This document shows positions 25,636-35,560 of a DNA stretch of 64,000 nt, one piece after another. The position numbers were made by a program, and so were the translations under genes. Source of the stretch: a virus. The notes under the pieces were generated by a model. The model was not told the DNA's origin. It saw only the letters and a list, made by a program, of their open reading frames with translations, and made no database searches. Position 1 is the first letter of the stretch. Each line of letters starts with the position of its first letter. Location of the stretch: positions 32,001 to 96,000 of IMG/VR virus record IMGVR_UViG_3300032298_001311; one strand, written 5' to 3'.

Positions 25636-27747
25636 TTACCAATTTCCTTCATTACAATAATGATATTTGAAAGAAAAATCAATAGTTTTATTGAAGATCT
25701 TTTCTTCATTCATTAAGAATGCAAATTCTTGTTCTGTTCTACCATTTTCTAAATCATATTTTGGTTTTGCAAGTTTTCTTGCTCTTATAGCAGTATTACT
25801 TTTAATTCTTGTGTAATCTTGTGCATAGAATGGTCCTCTACGATGATCTCTTCTATTGTCAAAAGGATTTTCGATTTGATTTAATGTTACATCAAAATCT
25901 GCAAACCATTTACCATTATCGTCGATTATAAATTTATAAATTGCATTAAGCATACCTGGATCATATTGATTACCAAACTCTTTTAGATCAATATCTGGAT
26001 TATATTTGATTTCAATTTCAAAGGCCCCTCTCGTTTTCCAAAGGATTCTTAATAGCGGCCATACTTCATTCATTAATGAATCAGCAAATGAATTTATATT
26101 TGGTTTAATGATATTATAATCAAAATTTTCAAATTCTATTTCATTAATAATACTAGGATTGTTAAATTTTATTTTATAATGAGATCTTGCTAATTCTGTT
26201 CTAGGGGGGTATGAAATTGGTTTTTCTGTACAGTCTTTCATTATATCTAAAAATATATGTGCTGTTTTTAAACGGACCATAACATGAGTTCCGCCCATAG
26301 AAAAATCTTTTGTAATCCAATGTCCTTGATAAAAGTGATCGGAAATATTGAATCTATTTAAATTTTGTCCAACTATGGCTTCGGAACTCAACCCAAATCC
26401 ACCCCCTATTCCAATATTATTCATATTAAGATTTCTTAATCTCCACAGTAATGTTAAAGTATCCGCAAAGTCTTGATATTTTTCTGTAGGAAATCCTACA
26501 ATCCAATTAGTTGCATTAAATATACCAACTTCTTTACCGTCTTTGAAATTTTGTTCTATTTCTGAAATTTTAACTTTTTTATCCATATCGTCTAAAACTT
26601 TTTGACTGCCAGATTCAACACCATAATTTAACATAATGCATCCGCCAGCTTTAAGATCTTTAAAATAATCTAAATCCATTCGTCCGTCACAACGGGCATA
26701 TCCAGTCCAATTTATGTTCAATCCTTTAGTCTGAACAGCTTTACAAAAAGCTCTCAATTCATTAATATTACCATTCACTAAACTATCTATAAACCAGATA
26801 ACATCAGTTCCTTTGTTATAATATAACCATTCGATTTCAGTAATTAAATCTACAGAACTTCGTTGTCTATATTTCCAAAAGTGTGTCTCTTCACAAAATG
26901 TACATTTTGCAATACATCCTCTACTGATTTCTGTATTAACACCGTTAGGAATACTGTAATCACTAAAATTAATACTTTCATAATCGGGCATGGGAAACCC
27001 ATTAAGATTTAATCTTTGATCTTCTGGCTGTGTTATATATTGTGTGGTATCATGCACGATACCATTTTCAATTTCATCTAATATTTGTAATAAAGCATAT
27101 TCACCCTCGCCGTTCACAACATAGTCATAATACGGATGTCGTTCAAACCAAGATTTTTGTACATTACTACCACCAACTAATATTTTAATGTTTGGAAGTT
27201 TTTTCTTTAATTCTCGACACATCCATTTTGTAGGTTCTTCATTTACATCATAAACTGTGAACCCTACTGCTTGAGGATTGAATTCTATAATTTTATCAAT
27301 TGCTTCTTGTAAAATATTATCTAGATAAGGATGAACATCTTCTAAATATCTTCCTTCTCTCCATTTCCAATGTACACTCGGGTCCCATAAACTTGTATTA
27401 TGATTGTACAAATACCCTGACTCTTTTTGAAACTGATTATAGGCCTTAACATTTAAATCTAATATATGAGTTTCATATCCTGCTGTTTTTGCAACACCAC
27501 TTAGTCTTGCTAAATTAAAAGGGGGGAATTGTGCAGCCCATTGAGGACATAAAACTAATGCTAATTTTGTATTTCTTTTTTTATAATTTATATAAACCGG
27601 AGTAACATTTTTTTGGTCAACTTTTTTAGCATAGGGAGCAATAGCAGCTAACATACTCATGTGTCGGTCATTAGCTGTATTTTCCGAAGGTTTTTCTTTT
27701 AATTCTACATTTCTTTTAGCTAAACTACTTAAATTGAAATCTACCAA
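25636..27747 (-). CDS. Cobalamin-binding (class B) radical SAM enzyme
   Basis: B12-binding domain (PPFNLARL, AVGFT, VGG, VVNGEGE), SRGCIAKCTFC, GVESGSQKVL. Confidence 0.9.
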   Translation of the reverse strand: MVDFNLSSLAKRNVELKEKPSENTANDRHMSMLAAIAPYAKKVDQKNVTPVYINYKKRNTKLALVLCPQWAAQFPPFNLARLSGVAKTAGYETHILDLNVKAYNQFQKESGYLYNHNTSLWDPSVHWKWREGRYLEDVHPYLDNILQEAIDKIIEFNPQAVGFTVYDVNEEPTKWMCRELKKKLPNIKILVGGSNVQKSWFERHPYYDYVVNGEGEYALLQILDEIENGIVHDTTQYITQPEDQRLNLNGFPMPDYESINFSDYSIPNGVNTEISRGCIAKCTFCEETHFWKYRQRSSVDLITEIEWLYYNKGTDVIWFIDSLVNGNINELRAFCKAVQTKGLNINWTGYARCDGRMDLDYFKDLKAGGCIMLNYGVESGSQKVLDDMDKKVKISEIEQNFKDGKEVGIFNATNWIVGFPTEKYQDFADTLTLLWRLRNLNMNNIGIGGGFGLSSEAIVGQNLNRFNISDHFYQGHWITKDFSMGGTHVMVRLKTAHIFLDIMKDCTEKPISYPPRTELARSHYKIKFNNPSIINEIEFENFDYNIIKPNINSFADSLMNEVWPLLRILWKTRGAFEIEIKYNPDIDLKEFGNQYDPGMLNAIYKFIIDDNGKWFADFDVTLNQIENPFDNRRDHRRGPFYAQDYTRIKSNTAIRARKLAKPKYDLENGRTEQEFAFLMNEEKIFNKTIDFSFKYHYCNEGNW

Positions 27748-27759
27748 AATTTTTCTCCG

Positions 27760-28233
27760 TTAATCCCATAGATTCATATAATATTTTCCAAAAAGATCTA
27801 ACCCTTCTTGTATTCTCCCATAATACGCTGTATATGCCTTGCTGTCAAAATGTCTTGCACCATTCTTCTTGGAATGAAATTGATCATCACGTTCTCGATT
27901 CACAACTTGTTCAAATGACCAAACCATTTTATCCATTATTTCGCACCATTGCTTATGGCCTAAATCCCATGCTTTGTTGTCGTCATTCTTATACCAGTCA
28001 AAAGTATATTGTGTACTGCTATTAGAAGTCTCCATAAAAGGTTTTAAGTCTCCAGGAGACCCGTGTTTCTCATCACGAAGTTGTTTAAGCATTGGCAGAA
28101 TAATATCTGCTAATGTCTCGGCCATATTCCAAGTATCCCAAGGATCGATTCTTACACGAACCTTTTGTTCAGCATTGGGATTATTCTTATAAACCCAATT
28201 ACTTGGATAGCGTCCGATAAAGATTTTCATCAA
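27760..28233 (-). CDS. Hypothetical protein
   Basis: 157-aa ORF in operon. Confidence 0.55.
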   Translation of the reverse strand: MMKIFIGRYPSNWVYKNNPNAEQKVRVRIDPWDTWNMAETLADIILPMLKQLRDEKHGSPGDLKPFMETSNSSTQYTFDWYKNDDNKAWDLGHKQWCEIMDKMVWSFEQVVNRERDDQFHSKKNGARHFDSKAYTAYYGRIQEGLDLFGKYYMNLWD

Positions 28234-28640
28234 TCTCTTTCGTATTCTTCAACACCGTCATCGTCTTCTGAAAGTTCTTCAACTTCTAATTGACCATTGA
28301 ACCAGACTTCACTTTCATCTTCGTGCCATCCTAATGCTTCGAGACCTTCGTACCAATCTTCTTCCCAAGCAGTTTCAATAGCATCTCGCTCGTCTTGATC
28401 AATTTCGTCGTCGTAATTAAAATCAATCCAGCAACCGTCGTCAAACGAATGATCTACAACATCGTAATCATAGATCATAAGTTCGTCTTTTGCTTTTAAT
28501 TCTTCAACATCTACAGGATCCTCTGTAATAAAATATCCCCAACGATAACCTTGTTCAATATAGAAAGACTTACCGTCTTTCTCGTAAAAGTTTTTCTCGA
28601 TGACTGATTTTTTATCAACAGTACTGATCTTGTATTTCAT
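28230..28640 (-). CDS. Acidic hypothetical protein
   Basis: 136-aa ORF in operon. Confidence 0.55.
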   Translation of the reverse strand: MKYKISTVDKKSVIEKNFYEKDGKSFYIEQGYRWGYFITEDPVDVEELKAKDELMIYDYDVVDHSFDDGCWIDFNYDDEIDQDERDAIETAWEEDWYEGLEALGWHEDESEVWFNGQLEVEELSEDDDGVEEYERD

Positions 28641-28641
28641 G

Positions 28642-29457
28642 TTAGTCGTCCTTCTTTCCGATCTTCATAACCAAACATTTACATGCACCACCGGATTTCA
28701 TAAACTCACTCATATCAAACATCTGAACTTTATATCCGAGATTTGTAAGTTTATCAGCAACAGAATTGCATTCTGGCATAAACACATAATTCTTAATAAC
28801 AACAGCATTACAAGCAAATGTTAATGCTTCCTCTTCTGTTACTTCTATTGAATAACGCTTAGTAGAAAATTTTCGAATCTTTTCTTGTGACTCTTCGTCA
28901 AATGCTTCTGGATACCAAAGTACCCCGTTTTCCTTTAGGGGAGCAAAGCAAGTATCAAGATGATAAAAACGATCATCAACAAGATGTAACTTACGTAGAT
29001 TTACAATTTCATCGAAAGGGAATTTATCGTGAAGTTTCCTAGCACTTCTAAATCCATGTCCTATCCAATGTGATTCCATATCCCCTTTTAAGAGATCCCC
29101 TTCACCTTCAAAATGATCGTTTGGATAATAGACAGCATATCCATGATCCTTAAACCAATTCATAAAATGTATCTCTTCACCTTTACGTTGGTCGTTTCTA
29201 AAGTTAGACATATAAACCATATTATGTCGTCTCTTATAAAACCCAGCATTCGCAGTAAAAACCATATCTGGCAATCCTGGTTGCGGATCAATTAGATAGA
29301 CATCAGCAACTTCACGTACAGCACTATAAAGTCTCTTCCATTGTCTTTCTGCTAAGTCTTTATCAACTTTATGTAGGTTTTCAGTCATCCAAGGATTGAT
29401 GTCATAGTCAACATCATAATACATTGGAGGGCACATTAAAAGTTTACTGGTGTTCAA
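28642..29457 (-). CDS. Amidinotransferase/DDAH/arginine deiminase-family guanidino hydrolase
   Basis: [47 protein letters not shown]. Confidence 0.88.
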   Translation of the reverse strand: MNTSKLLMCPPMYYDVDYDINPWMTENLHKVDKDLAERQWKRLYSAVREVADVYLIDPQPGLPDMVFTANAGFYKRRHNMVYMSNFRNDQRKGEEIHFMNWFKDHGYAVYYPNDHFEGEGDLLKGDMESHWIGHGFRSARKLHDKFPFDEIVNLRKLHLVDDRFYHLDTCFAPLKENGVLWYPEAFDEESQEKIRKFSTKRYSIEVTEEEALTFACNAVVIKNYVFMPECNSVADKLTNLGYKVQMFDMSEFMKSGGACKCLVMKIGKKDD

Positions 29458-30055
29458 TTGCTTCTTCCCTTGATGTAATAACTCTATCTGCTAATCCATA
29501 AGCAACGGCTTCTACGGCACTCATGAAATAATCACGTTCCATATCAGCAGCAAGTTCTTCGTATAATTTACCTTGCGAATTATGCTTAACGTAGATTTCA
29601 GTGAGATACTTCTTCATCTTAAGAATCTCTTGTGCTTGGATCTGAATATCCGTAGCCTGACCTCTTGCTCCACCACTTGGTTGGTGAATCATATGTCTTG
29701 TATTAGGAAGAATAAGTCTTTTACCTGGAGCACCTGCTTGAGCAAGAAGTGACCCCATAGAACAAACTTGACCCATTGCGATTGTAACAACATCTGGATT
29801 AATGAATTGCATAGTATCATAAATTGCCATGCCTGCGGTAACAACACCACCGGGTGAGTTAATGTACATGTAAATGTCTTTACTTGCGTTTTGACTTTCA
29901 AGAAAGAGAAGCTGAGCACAAATAAGTCCGCTCATATGATCACCAACTTCTCCCTCGAGCATAATGATACGATCTTTAAGCAAGCGACTAAAGATATCAT
30001 AACTGCGTTCGCCGCCTGATTCCTTTTCAACAACAACTGGAACGAGATTAGCCAT
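29444..30055 (-). CDS. clpP: ATP-dependent Clp protease proteolytic subunit
   Basis: [25 protein letters not shown] (Ser), MIHQPSGG (His), ERD (Asp). Confidence 0.96.
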   Translation of the reverse strand: MANLVPVVVEKESGGERSYDIFSRLLKDRIIMLEGEVGDHMSGLICAQLLFLESQNASKDIYMYINSPGGVVTAGMAIYDTMQFINPDVVTIAMGQVCSMGSLLAQAGAPGKRLILPNTRHMIHQPSGGARGQATDIQIQAQEILKMKKYLTEIYVKHNSQGKLYEELAADMERDYFMSAVEAVAYGLADRVITSREEAIEHQ

Positions 30056-30288
30056 TAGCGTCTTTTTACCTCCGTACGCTGAATTTCGTTAGGTCCTGAA
30101 CAAACAAATTCAAGACCACTTTGATTAGCAATATACAACTTATTACGGGGATTGTAAATCATTTCCATCCGAATTGAACGATTAAGACTTACAATAAGAT
30201 TAGATTTAGGAGAAAATCGAATCACTTCCGCTGTCTGTGACTTCCCGTTGTCTGAGCATGTTACTGTTACTGACTGTTCGTAACTCAT
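30055..30288 (-). CDS. Hypothetical protein
   Basis: Translationally coupled ORF. Confidence 0.5.
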   Translation of the reverse strand: MSYEQSVTVTCSDNGKSQTAEVIRFSPKSNLIVSLNRSIRMEMIYNPRNKLYIANQSGLEFVCSGPNEIQRTEVKRR

Positions 30289-31006
30289 TTTGTGTTTGTG
30301 TCCTTTCGTGAACTCTATTTAATTTAGTCATTGGAATTGTGCTTTGTTCCATAACGTGATCTTTTATCTTACCTTCAAGGTTGATTTTATCACCGGGTTT
30401 ACGATCTGCCCATGTATCATGTCTTGTAAAGAACAAGAATAGATTACCTTCGCAAATACCTTGTACAACCCAACCTGGATAATTGTTGCTTTTATTATTA
30501 CGAATGATTTCAAAATTGTCTAGATATACTTTTCCACCAACACTTCCAACATGTTGACTTTGAATATTAGCAATACTTTGTTTGTAATAATCTTTACCTT
30601 TATTAATTTGGTAATAAAACGGAGAACTAGCAATAAAACCAAAGTCTTTTGCCTGTATGTATTCCCTATTAACAATTTCGTAAATTTTTGTATTATATGA
30701 ATCTTGATTAGCAAGTAGATTGAAAATCTCTTTCTTGGAATACTCTCGGATCACTTTTGCTTTGTCGAAATGTTCCTCTCTAACTTTTACAAGAGGAGGC
30801 TTCTGAGTACTATTATTATAATAGTCTACCATAAATTGGCTACGTAGAATTTCTTTATTAGCATATCTTGTGGAATGGATATCTTCACCATCGTTAATAA
30901 ATTCGTTAGTTTTAAAATAGCCATTATTATATTCAAAGATAGCAATAGCAGCCGCAAGAACCTCGAGAGTTTCAAACTCTTTAATTTCAATACCAGTGAC
31001 GGACAT
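30206..31006 (-). CDS. Hypothetical protein, possible C-terminal OB fold
   Basis: 266-aa ORF with AGGA RBS. Confidence 0.5.
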   Translation of the reverse strand: MSVTGIEIKEFETLEVLAAAIAIFEYNNGYFKTNEFINDGEDIHSTRYANKEILRSQFMVDYYNNSTQKPPLVKVREEHFDKAKVIREYSKKEIFNLLANQDSYNTKIYEIVNREYIQAKDFGFIASSPFYYQINKGKDYYKQSIANIQSQHVGSVGGKVYLDNFEIIRNNKSNNYPGWVVQGICEGNLFLFFTRHDTWADRKPGDKINLEGKIKDHVMEQSTIPMTKLNRVHERTQTQNELRTVSNSNMLRQREVTDSGSDSIFS

Positions 31007-31030
31007 TCAGATTTTCCTATGGTTGGATTT

Positions 31031-31849
31031 CTATTCTACTATAATAGTATATGATAATCCAAACTCTTTGTCAAGTTGCTTTAGACTTTCGTTCACTCGT
31101 TTTGTTTCTTTTTCGATTTGTCCATTGCGTTCAGCAACACGGGCTTCGCGTTGCTGTTGTTTCATTTGTTGTTGAACAAATTGATACGTTTTCTTCATTA
31201 GATTTTTAAGAACTGGATGAGTTGTATCAAATCCAAAGTCTTTAAAATATCCAAAAAGATTAGGACTAAGCAGTCGACCTGCTTGGTCTTTTGTCATAGC
31301 AGTTTGACTAAAGTTTTTTAGCAGACGAAGTGTGTGATCGTAGTCATTATTAGTTTTACGTAATAGCTCACGACTAAGATTGTACGCATAGGCTTCTATC
31401 TCGTCCGGATTACCAAGGTACTCTTGGGACCGTTGTATTGCCGGATCGTTATGTCTGCTTCGATATTGCCTACCGGTACGGAATTCACGAGATCGATACT
31501 GAGCTTGATGTATCATTTCATGTTCAAGAAAGTCAATGACTTTAGTTGCGAATTCTCGCCACCCTTCTTTATCCATAGTGACATTTGGATTGTCCTTTGG
31601 AAATATTACCATTATTTCAAATGGCTTTTCTTCTTGTTCATCTTCATCAGGATCGTAATAAGCATTAAGATTTAAATCATTGGAATCAATATTAGAACTC
31701 TTCTGTGTTGTTATTACAACATTTGGTCCAACGATCTTACGAAGATGAGATACAACCTGTTTTGGAGTAACTTCTTTATTAAAGAACTTTGTGAAACTTT
31801 GGTAGATGCGATCACCCTCAGTTTCACCGTGATAAGGAATTGGAATCAT
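31031..31849 (-). CDS. Hypothetical protein with HExxH zincin-like motif
   Basis: LEHEMIHQAQ and downstream DEIEAYA. Confidence 0.5.
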   Translation of the reverse strand: MIPIPYHGETEGDRIYQSFTKFFNKEVTPKQVVSHLRKIVGPNVVITTQKSSNIDSNDLNLNAYYDPDEDEQEEKPFEIMVIFPKDNPNVTMDKEGWREFATKVIDFLEHEMIHQAQYRSREFRTGRQYRSRHNDPAIQRSQEYLGNPDEIEAYAYNLSRELLRKTNNDYDHTLRLLKNFSQTAMTKDQAGRLLSPNLFGYFKDFGFDTTHPVLKNLMKKTYQFVQQQMKQQQREARVAERNGQIEKETKRVNESLKQLDKEFGLSYTIIVE

Positions 31850-31856
31850 ATACTAT

Positions 31857-32075
31857 TTAATGTCTATACTTGATACGACCTTTGTCAAGATCGTATGGAG
31901 TCATTTCAACAGTAACTATATCACCTTCGAGGATCTTAATCTTATTCTGTCTTATCTTACCACTGCCATATGCAAGTAGCACATGACCATTGTCATTTAT
32001 TGTAACTCTATACATACTATTTGGTAGAACTTCAGTTACAAGTCCTACCATTTCAATCATTTGTTCTTTAGCCAT
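31857..32075 (-). CDS. infA: Translation initiation factor IF-1
   Basis: [46 protein letters not shown]. Confidence 0.95.
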   Translation of the reverse strand: MAKEQMIEMVGLVTEVLPNSMYRVTINDNGHVLLAYGSGKIRQNKIKILEGDIVTVEMTPYDLDKGRIKYRH

Positions 32076-32106
32076 GTGTTTATATTAATTAATCCTTTTC
32101 TATTTG

Positions 32107-32664
32107 TCAACCTTTACGACGACCTTTCATATTAGCCGGAGGCAATACTGTATCATCACCTTCATCGTCTTCTGGATTGTAAGGTTCAATATCGTGACTA
32201 TGATCAAATTTTGGTTTAGGTCTCCAACCACGGTCAACTGCTTTTTCTTCAATTTCAAAAGTTTTATCAATTTCTTTATCGCGCTGTCTTAAATATCTAT
32301 TGAATAGAGCATTACCTACCCAAGCAGCCATGTATCCCATAAAATACCATTCGGTAAACTTACCTGTTGTGATTAGAAATACAAATCCCCAAGTACTAAT
32401 AACAAACGCAATGAAACGAGTCATTTTAGCTTCTTCGAGTTTCCCATCAATAGTAATTAAGTCCATCATATTGAACCTATTACCTTTTTGATTGTGCCAT
32501 GACATCAGTAGAAAAATACCAAAAGCCATAAGAAGAACTAATAAGAACCACATAAAGAGATGTTCAGGCTTATCGGCCATAGCATCTAAAAAGGCATTAA
32601 GTATAGGACGATCTGGTTTAGAAACTGTTGCCAGCACATCCATATCAGGTAAGTGTTGTGTCAT
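32107..32664 (-). CDS. Candidate holin (three TMs, charged C-terminus)
   Basis: Hydrophobic spans; last gene of the endolysin-spanin run. Confidence 0.5.
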   Translation of the reverse strand: MTQHLPDMDVLATVSKPDRPILNAFLDAMADKPEHLFMWFLLVLLMAFGIFLLMSWHNQKGNRFNMMDLITIDGKLEEAKMTRFIAFVISTWGFVFLITTGKFTEWYFMGYMAAWVGNALFNRYLRQRDKEIDKTFEIEEKAVDRGWRPKPKFDHSHDIEPYNPEDDEGDDTVLPPANMKGRRKG

Positions 32665-33008
32665 TTCGTCTCTTCAACAGGTGACTCATAGTACTCTTTA
32701 AGAGCGTCAATCTGAGCACCCTGTTCTTCTATAAAGCGACGCAACTCTGCAGAATTAAGACTCATGTTCTTATATCCCTCTGGAGTGGTAGCAATTAGTG
32801 TTACAGTACCTCCATCCTTTTCAAGTTGTGCTAACTTTGATTCTAGATTCTTACGAGTAATAACGGTCCAATGTACAGGACGTTGATGTACAGGACGAAT
32901 CTTTGGAAGTACGAGATCTGGACGATCTTGAACTACTGGCTTAACGGCCATTGTGCTATTACATGCTGCCAAACCTAATGCGGAAGCAATGATTAGTAAT
33001 TTTTTCAT
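32661..33008 (-). CDS. Candidate o-spanin lipoprotein
   Basis: Lipobox LAAC; Pro-rich; overlaps the upstream spanin. Confidence 0.65.
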   Translation of the reverse strand: MKKLLIIASALGLAACNSTMAVKPVVQDRPDLVLPKIRPVHQRPVHWTVITRKNLESKLAQLEKDGGTVTLIATTPEGYKNMSLNSAELRRFIEEQGAQIDALKEYYESPVEETK

Positions 33009-33484
33009 TTCTTAACTCCTAGTAGTCTTGGACAAACTGAATTCTTAACTCTACCTGATTTTTCGTCTGCGGTTAAAGGAGAACCTGAAACAATCTCATT
33101 ACAACGAAGACTATCTTTTGAAGCACGGTTTATAATTTTTTCAAAAGCAGTTGGTTTTTTGTTAGCAATTTTATTAAGGTTTCTTGCATTACCGCTTTTT
33201 GTAGTAGTAAGTTTCTTTTCAAGTTCTTGAGTATCTTTTTCTATTACTTGGACACTATCGGAATATTTTCCTTGAACTTTATTCATTTTAATCACATCAT
33301 TTTTAAGATTATCCATTGCTACTTTTTGTGAAGTAACAACATCTTCTAATCTTGCGTTCATTGCTTTTACTGCATCTAGACTTGATTCTAAATGTTTTAC
33401 ATAGAACCATGCTGCTACTAACATTAGTATTATAATTACAGCAGCAATAAACTTTGCTTGTATACCACCTAAAAATCCAAACAT
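33005..33484 (-). CDS. Candidate i-spanin
   Basis: Single N-terminal TM, long coiled coil, C-terminal Cys pair. Confidence 0.65.
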   Translation of the reverse strand: MFGFLGGIQAKFIAAVIIILMLVAAWFYVKHLESSLDAVKAMNARLEDVVTSQKVAMDNLKNDVIKMNKVQGKYSDSVQVIEKDTQELEKKLTTTKSGNARNLNKIANKKPTAFEKIINRASKDSLRCNEIVSGSPLTADEKSGRVKNSVCPRLLGVKK

Positions 33485-33485
33485 T

Positions 33486-34115
33486 TTATGCCTCCAATAC
33501 GTCTGATATGCGGTTATAAAATGCTACACGTTCGTCGTGGCCGTTCAATCCGCCATTTATTCTTTTTGTAATTCCTCTTAAATTATCTGCATCTGCAAGT
33601 TCGTTAAGTCCTCTTGACTTCCAGAACCATGCTGCTGATATTGCTGCTCCATCGGGGGTCAGCAACCAATCTGGATTGTTAACAATATCAACATCTAACG
33701 CATCACCTAGCATCTTATAATTGTCTTTTCCTGTAAGCTGAATAAATCCACGGCCTCTATACTTCCAACCGTCTCCAGTACGCTCACCACCGTTGCCCAT
33801 TCTAGCGGCATAAACTACATTAGCAATTCTTTCAGGATGATGATTGTAAGCCCAAACATTTCTACCTCTGAAGTATTTTGGGAAAACCTGCATAAGGCGT
33901 TTAGCACTATAGTTTAGATTTTCTTCTAAAAGGCGTAGTGAACCACTTTCGTGTGCTAAGTTTGCTAAAAAAGCAGAAATTCTTCGGGGAGTATTGATTT
34001 CAAAGTGTTCCATTGCTGCTACTAGCGGCTCGTAATACATTTCAATATCACCGTCGCGAGCAAGCGGAATTGCTTTGTCAAGTTGCTTTTTAGTAATCTG
34101 CATAGCTGTCTCCAA
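33486..34115 (-). CDS. Glycoside hydrolase family 19 endolysin
   Basis: AFLANLAHESG, ENLNYS, YRGRGFIQLTGKDNY, TKRINGG.NG..ER. Confidence 0.92.
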   Translation of the reverse strand: METAMQITKKQLDKAIPLARDGDIEMYYEPLVAAMEHFEINTPRRISAFLANLAHESGSLRLLEENLNYSAKRLMQVFPKYFRGRNVWAYNHHPERIANVVYAARMGNGGERTGDGWKYRGRGFIQLTGKDNYKMLGDALDVDIVNNPDWLLTPDGAAISAAWFWKSRGLNELADADNLRGITKRINGGLNGHDERVAFYNRISDVLEA

Positions 34116-34134
34116 TTATGTACAGCTATTTAGT

Positions 34135-35550
34135 TTAATTAGGGTTTAATTTCCAAGTCATAGCAGATCCCCATTTATGAGCTTCATCTTTAGGGTCTAT
34201 AGTTACTTTTCCGCCTACTTTATGAGGCCATGTAGCAGTTGATATTATTTGTGCTCCAGGCTGCATTTTTGGTTTAGGTGCTGATGTTATTAATACAAAG
34301 TTATGTCCTAATATTTCTATCATTCTAGCTGAGAATTGCGGAATTGCTTTGCCGCTATTAACTGCCGGAGCAACGAATTTATCCTTCACACAATTTTTTA
34401 GTAGATAAAATAAAGGCCACTTTCCGGTAATTGACTTTTGGACTAGATTATATAAATCTTGATATTCGGGTGGAATTTCTTTTATTTTAGAAGGAACTTT
34501 CTTTTGTTTATCACGAAGATAACTTTCAGTCCATGCATAGAATTTATCATCAAACAAATGAACAAATGGTTCTAGAGCACCTAAAGCACCTGGGCTGTGT
34601 TCGGCTATAAACTTAGCAGCTTCAAATGATTGTTTGTATGTTGATGCTTGATTTCGTTTATTAAATTGCTGTAGAAGTTGTATAAATTGTAGACTTTCGT
34701 CATTTTTATAAGTCTTCAACATATATTCAGGAATTTTAATTTCGTTAATACTCGAAGCTGCTCCGGTCCCTTTTTGACCACCTTTGCTGCTTAAATAGAT
34801 TCTATTTCCTGTTTTATTATTTGTTAAGGCATAACTGTCGGCTAATGGGTTGTTTGTTGATCCGGGGAAAATTAATAACATATCTGCTGGGTTAACGCCT
34901 ACATGTTGGTAGAACTCATCTCGATTGTTAAAGTTTATAACACCGTCAATTAATGCTTGTACACCTAAGTATTCAAAACCATCATTAACGATACTTGAAA
35001 GTTGCTTACCCTCTAACCCTAAATTAGTAGGTAGAATAGGAATCTGTTTTTTATGAATTTGAGCAGACATCATTTTGATAGCTTTACCGGCGCTTCCTTG
35101 AGTACCTAAATGCTCGTTAGACTGTATTTTACTATAAAGATCTTTAGCCTGAAATCCACCGAGATTTAGTGCTAGTTCTGGAGTTAGATCTTGCTCACCT
35201 TCTTTGTCTCCGCCAAAGGGAAAAACCTTTGCAGGCTTTAATTCAAGAGATGTGTCGCCGCTCTTGCTTTTTCCACCGAAATCTTTATCATTATATTCAA
35301 TTTCGCCTGTAGAAATAGTTTGTCCATTTTTAGTTTTTACCATAAGAGATTTAGTCATCATCTTAGTCTTGCCAGTTAAAATTCCTTGTAATCTAGGAAT
35401 TTCAGCAGGATCTATTTGTATAGGACCGTGTTTAGACTGGAATGTATGATTACCTTTGATTAATTCTAAGAATTTTTCAGGTCTTTCCGGACGACTAGTT
35501 ATTTTACCAATAGTTAACGATGTTTCGTTTAGAAATTCTCTTGCTCTCAT
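34135..35550 (-). CDS. Hypothetical late protein (possible internal head protein)
   Basis: MRAREFLNE N-terminus; TAAATA upstream. Confidence 0.5.
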   Translation of the reverse strand: MRAREFLNETSLTIGKITSRPERPEKFLELIKGNHTFQSKHGPIQIDPAEIPRLQGILTGKTKMMTKSLMVKTKNGQTISTGEIEYNDKDFGGKSKSGDTSLELKPAKVFPFGGDKEGEQDLTPELALNLGGFQAKDLYSKIQSNEHLGTQGSAGKAIKMMSAQIHKKQIPILPTNLGLEGKQLSSIVNDGFEYLGVQALIDGVINFNNRDEFYQHVGVNPADMLLIFPGSTNNPLADSYALTNNKTGNRIYLSSKGGQKGTGAASSINEIKIPEYMLKTYKNDESLQFIQLLQQFNKRNQASTYKQSFEAAKFIAEHSPGALGALEPFVHLFDDKFYAWTESYLRDKQKKVPSKIKEIPPEYQDLYNLVQKSITGKWPLFYLLKNCVKDKFVAPAVNSGKAIPQFSARMIEILGHNFVLITSAPKPKMQPGAQIISTATWPHKVGGKVTIDPKDEAHKWGSAMTWKLNPN

Positions 35551-35560
35551 GATGGAGTAT

